Below, in pieces: positions 40,205-49,147 of a stretch of DNA of 64,000 nucleotides (the stretch's first letter is position 1; each line of letters begins with the position of its first letter). A model generated the notes under the pieces. It did no database searches. It had not been told where the DNA came from and saw only the letters and a list, made by a program, of their open reading frames with translations. The translations under genes were made by a program, and so were the position numbers. The stretch spans positions 9,242 to 73,241 of the forward strand of contig JAVZMI010000002.1 of assembly GCA_038883335.1 (NCBI GenBank), written 5' to 3'. This DNA is from Candidatus Bathyarchaeia archaeon. GTDB taxonomy: Archaea; Thermoproteota; Bathyarchaeia; Hecatellales; Hecatellaceae.

Positions 40205-41156
40205 ACACCCAGTATTTGAAGAAACCGTAGAGTAAACCCACCAGATATACTGTGGAGAGTAGCAACCCTACCATGGCGAGGTGGATTTTCCAAGGTCTCT
40301 TTAGTTTTGCCGCTTGCCGCACAAGCAGAATGGGGAGAGGTATAAACGCCCAAATCGCCGCGGAGATTAAACCATAGACGAGGAGAAACCAAGCCGCAAT
40401 CGTCACTAATCCTGAAAGTGTAGCTCTAATGATGCTGCCCCCTATAACCTTCTGGTGGAGTTTAAGGTTGAGAGCCCTAGCCATACCTCGATATATTAGT
40501 CGACGGACCTCCTCTTGGAGGGATGGAGTTCTAATATGCCTAGCGACAGGCTCGTCCAGATCTACAACGGCCTTGTAACCCCGCTCAGTAACCTGATGAT
40601 GCAGGGAAACATCCTCCCCCGCCCTCCTGAGCCGCCCATCCATACGTATAGCCCTAGCAAGTTCAGGCCGCATAATCAAGCAGACAGTTGCACCGCCACT
40701 AGCTACCTTCACACCCCTCTCATCAGCTGATTTGAGCTCCTTGTAGTACCCAGCTACTGAACCAAGCCCGCCGCCTTCGAGGCGTGCCGTAAGCTCAGCA
40801 GTCCCCACCGAAGGATCATCGAATAAGGGGATAAGCCTTTGGAAGAAGTTCTTCGGGACAACTATGTCGGAGTCTACCCAACAGTAGAAGTCAGCGCCAG
40901 TTGGGGCATGATCCAAGGCGAAGTTTCTGCATACCGCGAGATTCCTCTCTGGACAGTGGAGTATAATCGCTCTGTCCCCAAATGTGGCTCTCACCGCCTC
41001 CACGGTACCGTCGGTTGAGCCGCCGTCTACGACTAGGAGATGGTGATCATATCCTTCAGCAGCCTCCTTGAGGGCTGTTAGAACACCTTTATTGAGCCAC
41101 CTCTCGCTGTTGAGCGTGAGCATCATGGTTACAATCTTCACCAGGAGAGACGACAC
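40194..41156 (-). CDS. Glycosyltransferase, GT2 family, with C-terminal TM helices
   Basis: VVDGGSTDGT, RN, WVDSD and GED motifs; hydrophobic C-terminus. Confidence 0.88.
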   Translation of the reverse strand: MSSLLVKIVTMMLTLNSERWLNKGVLTALKEAAEGYDHHLLVVDGGSTDGTVEAVRATFGDRAIILHCPERNLAVCRNFALDHAPTGADFYCWVDSDIVVPKNFFQRLIPLFDDPSVGTAELTARLEGGGLGSVAGYYKELKSADERGVKVASGGATVCLIMRPELARAIRMDGRLRRAGEDVSLHHQVTERGYKAVVDLDEPVARHIRTPSLQEEVRRLIYRGMARALNLKLHQKVIGGSIIRATLSGLVTIAAWFLLVYGLISAAIWAFIPLPILLVRQAAKLKRPWKIHLAMVGLLLSTVYLVGLLYGFFKYWVFNL

Positions 41157-41429
41157 ATCTCCCTCGCTATGTTCTCGCTCTGATAACTCGTCTAAAGATT
41201 AATCACTTACTCCTTAAAAGTGGCGCCGAAGATCCACATAGACCTATCATTCAACCAGTTAACTTGCAGACTACCGACCCGCTACGTATGATATGTTGAA
41301 ATAGGATGCTTAAGGTAATATTAATACAAGGGCCTGTAAAAAAATAAAACTAAGATGACTGGGGATAGCTTAGGGCGAAGATGCCTAGATTAGGTCTCTA
41401 CACGGCGGCTCAAGATTATGTTCGATGCC

Positions 41430-41491
41430 TCGCCGATGATGTAACCTGACAAATATGAGAAACATGATATATCAGAGTTAAGCTGAGGCGA
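41430..41491 (+). ncRNA. C/D box 2'-O-methylation guide sRNA (dual guide)
   Basis: Terminal stem TCGCC/GGCGA; C box ATGATGT (41436-42); 12-nt guide; D' ATGA (41455-58); C' ATGATAT (41464-70); 12-nt guide; D box CTGA (41483-86); intergenic. Confidence 0.8.
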
Positions 41492-41605
41492 ACTATGCGG
41501 CATCTTTAATTGGGGCTGGAAGCTAGTTAACCCAGGCTAACACAAAAACTATACTCTACCCGCTAATATTTTTATAACCACGGCATAGTTCGAGGTGCAC
41601 GCCAA

Positions 41606-42847
41606 CTGGGTTCAAAATTTCACTACGGCTGGGTAATAGTCGCCTCAGGGCTGATGGTAGTCACAGGCGCACTGGGCTTCGCCAGATTTGGATACGCCAT
41701 GATACTGCCCGCCATGCAAGACGACCTAGGACTGACCAACTCCCAAATGGGGCTGCTCGCCTCAGGAAACCTCATCGGCTACATGGCCTTTACCCTCATA
41801 GCGGGTGTGCTAGCAACCAAGTACGGCCAGAGGATAACAGTTGGGCTATCCATGGCGGCAACCGCAACGGCTCTAACGCTGACTGGAGCCGTGCGGTCCT
41901 TCGGGGCAGCTCTAGCTATGCGAACGTTAACGGGGATCGGTAGCGGGGGAGCAAATGTCCCAACTATGTCCCTCTGCACGGCGTGGTTTGCACCTGAAAG
42001 GAGAGGTACAGCAGCTGGCATTATGGCAGCCGGCAGCGGGATAGGGCTCATATCCACAGGGCTGCTGGTGCCGCAGCTCCGCCTACTCTACGGTGACCTT
42101 GGATGGCGCTACGCTTGGTATCTCCTCGGGCTGCTCACCTTCAGTATAGCTGCCGCCGCATACGTTACGCTAAGAAACCGCCCTGCGAAGAAAGGAGCCA
42201 CCACAGTTGGCGGAGAGCTGCACAAGCATCTAGAGGACTATGACCCGCCAGAGCCAGTGAGGTGGGCGGCAGTCTATAAGAGCCCAGCCCTACTTCAATT
42301 GGGTCTAACCTACTTCATGTACGGTTTCAGCTACATAATATACGCCACATTCTTCGCGGCTTACCTAGAGAAGGAGGCAGGGTTGACGCCTTTAGCGGCG
42401 GGGGAGTTGTGGCTTCTAGCCGGCGTGTTAAGCATCTTCAGTGGCTTCATATGGGGTACCTTCTCGGACAGAGTAGGTAGGCGGTACGGTCTAGCGACGA
42501 CCTACCTACTCCTCGCAACCTCATTCCTCCTCCTAGCAACCGTCAAGAGCCTAGAGGGATTTTGCTCCTCAGCCATAATCTTCGGTTTGACAGCGTGGGC
42601 AGTACCAACCATAATGGCCGCGGCCTCAGGGGACTGCGTCGGCCCAAGGATGGCCCCAGCCGCGTTAGCATTCATAACTACTGTCTTCTTCGGAGCTGGG
42701 CAGTCCATGGCGCCTTACGTCGCAGGTTACATGAAAGACGCAACCGGCACCTTCGCTCCCGCCTTCCTGCTGGCAGCAGCTGCCGCAACAGTGGGCGCGA
42801 TATTAGCCCTCCTACCGAGAAAACCATGCAAGCCAAGCGAGCAATAA
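41606..42847 (+). CDS. MFS transporter (YbfB/YjiJ-like); probable CTG start
   Basis: About 12 TM segments with GFARFGYAMILP and SDRVGRR; in-frame extension MGSKFHYGWVIVASG from CTG 41606 behind GAGGTG. Confidence 0.88.
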   Translation: MGSKFHYGWVIVASGLMVVTGALGFARFGYAMILPAMQDDLGLTNSQMGLLASGNLIGYMAFTLIAGVLATKYGQRITVGLSMAATATALTLTGAVRSFGAALAMRTLTGIGSGGANVPTMSLCTAWFAPERRGTAAGIMAAGSGIGLISTGLLVPQLRLLYGDLGWRYAWYLLGLLTFSIAAAAYVTLRNRPAKKGATTVGGELHKHLEDYDPPEPVRWAAVYKSPALLQLGLTYFMYGFSYIIYATFFAAYLEKEAGLTPLAAGELWLLAGVLSIFSGFIWGTFSDRVGRRYGLATTYLLLATSFLLLATVKSLEGFCSSAIIFGLTAWAVPTIMAAASGDCVGPRMAPAALAFITTVFFGAGQSMAPYVAGYMKDATGTFAPAFLLAAAAATVGAILALLPRKPCKPSEQ

Positions 42848-43013
42848 AGCCTTACTAAGGGAGACTAGGCTCCACATACCTACTTTCTGAGTTCAATGAC
42901 TCTGCCAAGAGACTTTCAATGTTTCACTTATAAACGGAGTATACGCCTAAGAAGGGACTTTTAGAAGCCATATGGTATAGCATCCGCTAGTTATAATGTG
43001 TTGGGGGATATTA

Positions 43014-43775
43014 TTGAGTACGGTGCAATATGACCCGTTAAGGCTGGCACGGGAAACTGAGAGTATTGTGACCAGAGGCGCTCTCAGAAAGTATTATCGG
43101 GTTGCCAGGCCGGGGCGATGGTATGGCGGCATCGCAACCGCTGACTGTTGTGGGTGTTGTTTGAGGTGTGTGTTTTGTTGGAGCGGCACCCCGAGGGATT
43201 ATCCAGATAGAGTTGGGGCATTCTACACTCCTGAACATATATTCAAACAGCTTACTAGGTGTGCTGAGAAGTTTGGTTACGGAAAAATGAGGGTGAGTGG
43301 AAACGAACCCACAATAGGTAGAAGACATCTCTTAGAGTTACTTGAGCTAATTGACCGTACTCACTATGAGTTCATCTTGGAATCGAATGGGATACTAATA
43401 GACTTTGAATTCGCCAGACAGCTTTCCAAGTTCAAGCATCTTCATGTGAGAATTTCGATCAAAGGAACAACTCGAGAGGAATTTTCATTACTCACAGGGG
43501 CTGCGCCTGAAGCGTTCGACCTGCAGTTAAATGCATTAAAGAATTTGCTAGATGCAAGCGTCCAATGCCACCCTGCTGTTATGCTCTCATTCAGCTCTGA
43601 AGACAATTTTGAGGCGTTGAAAGAGAAGATACGCGCAATAGACGCTAAGCTGGTAGGCGAAGTTGAGGAAGAATATGTTTTCCTCTATCCTCACGTCGCC
43701 GAGAGGTTGAGAAAATCTGGAATTAAACCGCGCATTGCTTACAGCCCCGAACGCATTCCTGAGGAGCTAATATAG
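43014..43775 (+). CDS. Radical SAM protein of unknown function; TTG start used
   Basis: WYGGIATADCCGCCLRCVFC (CxxxCxxC), SGNEPT, LESNG and VRISIKG motifs. Confidence 0.88.
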   Translation: MSTVQYDPLRLARETESIVTRGALRKYYRVARPGRWYGGIATADCCGCCLRCVFCWSGTPRDYPDRVGAFYTPEHIFKQLTRCAEKFGYGKMRVSGNEPTIGRRHLLELLELIDRTHYEFILESNGILIDFEFARQLSKFKHLHVRISIKGTTREEFSLLTGAAPEAFDLQLNALKNLLDASVQCHPAVMLSFSSEDNFEALKEKIRAIDAKLVGEVEEEYVFLYPHVAERLRKSGIKPRIAYSPERIPEELI

Positions 43776-43861
43776 TTTGGTGAATCCATCTGAACTAGAT
43801 GAACTCTTCTGTAAAAATTGACCCGACACAATAACTTTGTTCCCGGAGGCTCCGCAAAGGT

Positions 43862-44140
43862 TCAGACTGCATAGACTTGCGCCCGCTCTCCTACCTCTTC
43901 CCCCTCTTTAGCCTTTCTCTTCTTCTTGACTTTTAGCTGGTAGGAGGCGATCATTTCCTGTATTAGCATCTTGAGTTCCCAGCTGTCCTCTCTAGCCTTA
44001 TCCTCTAAGGCAGCATGCAGCTCCTCGTGGCTGGAGACCTTCAACCTTCTCATCAAGTCGTCTTCCAGCCTTCTGAGAAGATCTTTGTCCTCAGGTATTC
44101 TAAGACCTAAACCTTTGAGGAGCAGAATATAACATGGCAT
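43862..44140 (-). CDS. Hypothetical helical protein
   Basis: 92-aa charged ORF filling the gap, divergent from hjc; no family recognised. Confidence 0.6.
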   Translation of the reverse strand: MPCYILLLKGLGLRIPEDKDLLRRLEDDLMRRLKVSSHEELHAALEDKAREDSWELKMLIQEMIASYQLKVKKKRKAKEGEEVGERAQVYAV

Positions 44141-44222
44141 AAGCTATCTGTCATAGATATTATGGAAACCAAGTTATTTAAGGTTAAGTCTTTGTTTCCT
44201 CATCTTCAGTGAGGACGCTGCG

Positions 44223-44636
44223 TTGAAGAGGGGAGTGGCTGAGGAGAGGGAGCTGGTTCATAGGTTGGACACTCTGGGCTTCGCAGTCCTTCGAGCCCCA
44301 GCTTCTGGATCCCGAACTAAGCTTGACAGGCCTGACCTGGTGGCTGGGGGGTACGGGGTACACCTTGCATTAGAGGTAAAGACTTCCAGTAGACCAACAC
44401 TCTACATAAGTAAGATCACTATAGACCAGTTGTCGAGGTTCGCCCAGAGGTTCGGGGCCACCCCATACCTAGCGGTGAAGTTCAAACATCAACATAAGGG
44501 TTGGGTGCTTATAGACCCAAAGAAACTTGCAAGGACGAAGACTGGATACAAGCTGACACTAAAAGAGGCGTTAAAAGTTGGATTGCGACTTGAGGCTGTG
44601 GCTAGCGGCAAACTCACCGATTATATTCCAACCTGA
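44223..44636 (+). CDS. hjc: Holliday junction resolvase Hjc
   Basis: G..EERELV, GFAVLRAPASG, PDLVAG and EVK (PD-(D/E)xK) motifs. Confidence 0.92.
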   Translation: MKRGVAEERELVHRLDTLGFAVLRAPASGSRTKLDRPDLVAGGYGVHLALEVKTSSRPTLYISKITIDQLSRFAQRFGATPYLAVKFKHQHKGWVLIDPKKLARTKTGYKLTLKEALKVGLRLEAVASGKLTDYIPT

Positions 44637-44639
44637 GAT

Positions 44640-45689
44640 CTATCTCCTCGTTCCAAGAGAAGCCATCCGCATATGCTCCATTTGCCTGTAGACAAATAGT
44701 ATAATCACCGTCAAACCTGATATCACCCCCACCACCGCAATATATACGGTGCCCTCAGGTTTGATTCCTTCAAGTATATAACCCACGGTGAGAAGGAGCC
44801 CTGTGGTAAGGTGGGTTATTATTGTGGAAGCATTAGCCGGGGCGAGGTTAGAGGGCTCTGAATGGTATACTTTTGCATGCTGCACAGCCCTGACGGCGAA
44901 GGGCAATGTAAGGATGCCCAGTAGAGTGTAGGGGGAGATCACCTTGCAACCAACCCCTGCGAAGATGGAGAAATAAGTCGAGGTCATTAAAACTCCATAG
45001 CCCACAGCAGCTCTCCGCCTGCCTAAGCGTACCACGAGATGACGCTTGCCGACGGTCTTGTCCGCTGTGTAGTCTGGAAATTCATTTATGTAGAGTACCG
45101 CGGTGATCAACATGGAGACTGGAATGGCTGCGAAGACGGGCTCCCAAGTTAGGGCCTGAGTTTGAACATAGAAAGCTCCTGCAGTCATCATGACTCCGAA
45201 GTTTAAGCCCACGAAGAGCTCTCCTATACCTCTGCTGGCGAGGTTGAATGGAGGGGCAGTATAGAAGAACCCTGAGAACACTCCAATTAGACCAAATATC
45301 AAGATCACAAACCCCCTTGCCAATGCGAGATATAACCCTATAGCGCCACCTGCCGCGAAGAATAGCAGCGCCCCACTAAGCACAGCCCTCGGCGTTAGCA
45401 TGCCAAGCTGAATCATCCTGCTTCCACCACTGAAGGGTCTGACGAATTCCACGTTAACGTCATCATCCCGTGATTTATGGTCGAAGTAGTCGTTAGCAAC
45501 ATTTGTCCCGATATGAAGGCATACCCCCCCAAGCAAGGTTAATATAAACAATGGAAACAGGAAAGTGTTAGTTGTAGCCCAAGCTACAGCCGTACCTAGT
45601 AGGACTGGTATGACGCTGGCAGTTAAGAAAGGAAGCCTCATCTCCACCAGCCAAGCTTGAAGACCTCCCAACCCTACGCACCTTGACAC
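44640..45689 (-). CDS. menA: MenA-like UbiA-family prenyltransferase
   Basis: RLPFLTAS, NDYFD, SGGS, YTAPP, GIGE and INEFPD...DKTVGKR motifs. Confidence 0.85.
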   Translation of the reverse strand: MSRCVGLGGLQAWLVEMRLPFLTASVIPVLLGTAVAWATTNTFLFPLFILTLLGGVCLHIGTNVANDYFDHKSRDDDVNVEFVRPFSGGSRMIQLGMLTPRAVLSGALLFFAAGGAIGLYLALARGFVILIFGLIGVFSGFFYTAPPFNLASRGIGELFVGLNFGVMMTAGAFYVQTQALTWEPVFAAIPVSMLITAVLYINEFPDYTADKTVGKRHLVVRLGRRRAAVGYGVLMTSTYFSIFAGVGCKVISPYTLLGILTLPFAVRAVQHAKVYHSEPSNLAPANASTIITHLTTGLLLTVGYILEGIKPEGTVYIAVVGVISGLTVIILFVYRQMEHMRMASLGTRR

Positions 45690-45815
45690 TATACTACCTC
45701 GCCTCCATGAGGCGCTATCTTAAGGCGTCGATAGCGTGGCACCTCAGAAGTTAAAGTAGAATTTCTCAGGTATAAATTCATTAACCCGGTATCGGAGAGG
45801 TCTTAGGGAGCTTAG

Positions 45816-46889
45816 ATGGTGGAAATAGACGGTAGCATGCTTGAAGGGGGCGGCCAGATTCTCAGAACTGCAGTATGTCTCTCGGCACTCACCAACAGAC
45901 CTCTAAGAATATATAATATCCGCGCCAAACGCCCAAAACCAGGCCTCAGGCCTCAGCACCTCTCCGCTGTATCTGCAGTTGCCGAATTAAGCGGGGCAGA
46001 GCTTGAGGGTTTAAATGTAGGCTCCATGGAGGTCAAGTTCACGCCGAGAGCCCTACGGTCGGGGGCTTTCCGGTTCGATATAGGAACCGCCGGCAGCTCA
46101 ACCCTCCTCTTACAGTCAGCACTCCCAGTAGCAGCCTACGCGCCAGGGGTAACCCTCCTCGAGATACACGGAGGTACGAACAACCCACTCTCGCCCCCTA
46201 TCGACTACCTCAAAATGGTGCTCCTACCCACATTGGAGAAGACAGGTTTCAAGGGTCGGATCGAGCTATTGAGGAGGGGCTTCTATCCGAGAGGTGGCGG
46301 AGGCTTAATCGCCGAAGTTCAGCCTGTTAAAAGGCTGAAGCCAATTCGCTTGTCAAATTTTGGTGAAGTGCTCAAGATTAGAGGTCTGTCCTATAGTTCT
46401 CTTCTACCGAGGCACATCATCGAACGAATGGCGAAGAGCGCGGAGGACCGCCTGAAGAAGTGGGGTTTTAGGGATGTGGAGATCGACTTGGAGGCGCTTG
46501 AGAGTGGAGATGCAAAGTGTGCAATCGACCCCGGTTGTGGCATAGTTCTGGTGGCTGAGCTTGATGACGGAGCGCTCTTGGGCGTAGACCGCCTTGGCGA
46601 AGTCGGTAAACGAGCAGAGGTAGTAGGTTCAGAAGCTGCCGAGGATCTCATAAAACAGCTGGAAAGACGAGCCCCAGTTGACAGGCATCTTGGCGACCAG
46701 CTTATCATGTGGGCAGCCCTCGCAGAAGACACGTCGGTCATGAAGGTAAGCGAACTCACCCTTCATACAGTTACTTGCATTAGGGTCTGTGAAAGCTTCC
46801 TCGAAGCCAAGTTCGAAGTTGAAGGGAAAGTTGGTGAGCTTGCAACTATCAGGTGTAAGGGAGCTGCTTTTGAGAACAAACTTATCTAA
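45816..46889 (+). CDS. rtcA: RNA 3'-terminal phosphate cyclase
   Basis: EGGGQILR, PGLRPQH, GTAGS, RGFYPRGGG and VDRHLGDQL motifs. Confidence 0.95.
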   Translation: MVEIDGSMLEGGGQILRTAVCLSALTNRPLRIYNIRAKRPKPGLRPQHLSAVSAVAELSGAELEGLNVGSMEVKFTPRALRSGAFRFDIGTAGSSTLLLQSALPVAAYAPGVTLLEIHGGTNNPLSPPIDYLKMVLLPTLEKTGFKGRIELLRRGFYPRGGGGLIAEVQPVKRLKPIRLSNFGEVLKIRGLSYSSLLPRHIIERMAKSAEDRLKKWGFRDVEIDLEALESGDAKCAIDPGCGIVLVAELDDGALLGVDRLGEVGKRAEVVGSEAAEDLIKQLERRAPVDRHLGDQLIMWAALAEDTSVMKVSELTLHTVTCIRVCESFLEAKFEVEGKVGELATIRCKGAAFENKLI

Positions 46890-47511
46890 GCCGCTTGGAG
46901 GGTACATCACGGGCGAAATACCACCTCAACTTTTAATTTACTATTCTAGGGTTGGGGAAACGTGGTTTTGTGTAGCTGCGGATAGTGAAGACCAAATACT
47001 GGCCGCCAAATTCGCCCTTAAAGGATTAAAGCAAGCCTTAGAGCAGACGGGAAAATGCTTCGAAGGGTGGCAATTAAAAGTTGAGAGACAACCCAAAAAG
47101 GAGATCCAAACTGTGCTTTCGACACTAGCCCGCATTTGGCGGGGCGAAGGGTTAGACGCGCTGCCTAGGCTTTCTATGGAAACACTTCCTCCTTTTAACA
47201 GACGGGTTCTTGATGTCGTTTTAAAAATCCCCAAGGGTTTCGTGTCTACATATAGGGAAGTTGCGATGGCTGCGGGTAGTCCTCGGGCTGTGAGGGCTGT
47301 GGGTAACGCTCTGGCAGCTAACCCTTTCACACTTATCGTTCCATGCCACCGAGTAGTCAGGACTGATCTATCTGTCGGAGGCTACTGGTTGGGGGCGGGT
47401 GTTAAGGAGATGCTTCTTAGAAGGGAGGGTGTCGTATTCCGTCGGAACTCATCTGAGGGTTTGATGGTGGAGGAGGAGAGTGTTTATAAATTTTCTAGGT
47501 TGAGTTTGTGA
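46870..47511 (+). CDS. ogt: Methylated-DNA-protein cysteine methyltransferase (start uncertain: TTG 46870 or ACG 46909)
   Basis: IPKGFVSTY, AVRAVGNAL..NP and VPCHRVV motifs. Confidence 0.9.
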   Translation: MRTNLSKPLGGYITGEIPPQLLIYYSRVGETWFCVAADSEDQILAAKFALKGLKQALEQTGKCFEGWQLKVERQPKKEIQTVLSTLARIWRGEGLDALPRLSMETLPPFNRRVLDVVLKIPKGFVSTYREVAMAAGSPRAVRAVGNALAANPFTLIVPCHRVVRTDLSVGGYWLGAGVKEMLLRREGVVFRRNSSEGLMVEEESVYKFSRLSL

Positions 47512-47523
47512 AAAGTTTATATT

Positions 47524-47549
47524 TATCGCTAGAGATATCTCTAGTGATA
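47524..47549. promoter_or_regulatory. 26-bp palindromic operator between the TATA box and the PadR start
   Basis: TATCGCTAGAGAT/ATCTCTAGTGATA (12 of 13 pairs) directly after GAAAAG-TTTATATT. Confidence 0.7.
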
Positions 47550-47556
47550 TGAGGTA

Positions 47557-48036
47557 ATGGAAATGGCAAAAACTCGAGCCCTAATACCAAGAGGCTTCTC
47601 CAGATTCTACATACTCCACCTACTTAGAGAGAAAGGACCAATGACTGGAAAGGAGATTATAGATGAGGCTGAAAGGAGGAGTGAAGGATTATGGAGGCCT
47701 TCTCCAGGGTTAGTCTACCCACTCTTGGGACGGCTACTCTCAGATGAGCTCATCGAGGAGACTGAAGGGGGGCGATACACTCTAACCGGGAAGGGTGCAG
47801 AGGTCCTCAAAGAGTTTGCCAGAGTTCAGGAGGAGATAGGTAAGCGCGTAGAGGTTGTCAGGAAACTAGGCTTCTCTGGCAAGATGTTAGCGGAAGACGC
47901 CCTCGACCGCCTCATGGCAATGGCCAGCGACCAGAGAAAATACATCTCTCAAATGTCCGCCGAAACAAAGAGCGCACTCCTCAAAAAGTATAAGGCCTTC
48001 CTAGAAAGCGAGTTGAAGAAACTGGAGGAGACCTAA
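47557..48036 (+). CDS. PadR family transcriptional regulator
   Basis: RFYILHLL..GPMTGKEI...WRPSPGLVYPLL...YTLTGKG pattern. Confidence 0.9.
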   Translation: MEMAKTRALIPRGFSRFYILHLLREKGPMTGKEIIDEAERRSEGLWRPSPGLVYPLLGRLLSDELIEETEGGRYTLTGKGAEVLKEFARVQEEIGKRVEVVRKLGFSGKMLAEDALDRLMAMASDQRKYISQMSAETKSALLKKYKAFLESELKKLEET

Positions 48037-48052
48037 CCTTTTTTTCTTAGCT

Positions 48053-48589
48053 TCATCCTTCAACGAATACGTCTACCTTATTAAAGGCCACTTGAGAGAA
48101 AAGCTTCTTAACCTGTTTAAAATGCTCTTTATCGGTTTCAAAGCGGAGATTGAGAACTCCTGAGCTGCCTAGCCTGCCAAAACGTGCAACCTCTTTCACT
48201 TCTGGATTGGTTAGACCAAGATCGTCTAGCAGCCTACGAACCTCAGCGACCTCGTCGGCTACATATGCAGGAAGCTCCTGAAGGAGTAATCTGGCTTCCA
48301 ACTCCTCTAGTTTCTTCTCCAGAGCGTTGGTCTCACGTTTGATAGGCCTAAGGGCCTCTTCGGTTTTCTTGTTAAGCTCACGGATCTTTGCGCGGAATTC
48401 CTTGGGAGGTATATTTGATGTATTTAACTCTTCTCTCTCTTTCTGCGAGTCTCGGAGGATGGCGGCTGACCGCTGCCTTGTGGCGTCCATCTCGTCGAGG
48501 ATGGCTTTACACTCCGCGCATCTTCGAATGGTGTCCTTAACTTCCCTAACTACGTCCGACTTCGCGTAGACCATCACGAAAAACTCCAC
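48053..48589 (-). CDS. Hypothetical protein with a central coiled coil
   Basis: 178-aa ORF, long heptad-like charged helix flanked by beta-strand-like ends; SD-like GGAGG upstream. Confidence 0.75.
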   Translation of the reverse strand: MEFFVMVYAKSDVVREVKDTIRRCAECKAILDEMDATRQRSAAILRDSQKEREELNTSNIPPKEFRAKIRELNKKTEEALRPIKRETNALEKKLEELEARLLLQELPAYVADEVAEVRRLLDDLGLTNPEVKEVARFGRLGSSGVLNLRFETDKEHFKQVKKLFSQVAFNKVDVFVEG

Positions 48590-48616
48590 GAAACAACCCC
48601 CTCCGGGTCTGGCACA

Positions 48617-49078
48617 TTAGGCGAGCTTCTGCTTCCTCTTCAATATCACTTGAAGCACACCATTATGGTATGTAGTTTCAGCTTCTCCCACCTCTTCAGG
48701 AAGCTTTATTTGGCGGTAGAAGTTACCGCCCCCTCTTATCTCAAGTGTACGGTTGATTATATTTATGGAGATCTGTTCTTCCGGGCCCGGAACCTCCGCT
48801 ATGACTGCTATCTCTGCTCCTCTATCTACGAGGTCGTATGTCCACTCTGCTTTGCTGGGTGGGGCCTCCGGTAGCCACTCCTTCTTGGCAGTTTTTCTGA
48901 GCTCCCTCAACCAGTAGAAGAGGAGGAGAGCCGCTGCAACCGCTAGGATGACCCCCAACAGTCCCCTCTGGAAACGGACTATAAACGCTAACAATATGCC
49001 TATGACTAGTAGGCCTATGACTAGCACGGCGAGTGAAATTGTTTCTTCAATGGTTCCGAGAGGTTTTCTCTTCATCAT
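48617..49078 (-). CDS. Hsp20/alpha-crystallin domain protein with two N-terminal TM helices
   Basis: VIAEVPG, LEIRG, FYRQIKLP and YHNGVLQVIL motifs; hydrophobic residues about 15-57. Confidence 0.85.
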   Translation of the reverse strand: MMKRKPLGTIEETISLAVLVIGLLVIGILLAFIVRFQRGLLGVILAVAAALLLFYWLRELRKTAKKEWLPEAPPSKAEWTYDLVDRGAEIAVIAEVPGPEEQISINIINRTLEIRGGGNFYRQIKLPEEVGEAETTYHNGVLQVILKRKQKLA

Positions 49079-49147
49079 TTATGTAACCCTTAAACCTAGA
49101 CTCAAGGTAATATGATATGAAGAAGAAATATAATAATATCGCGGGCT

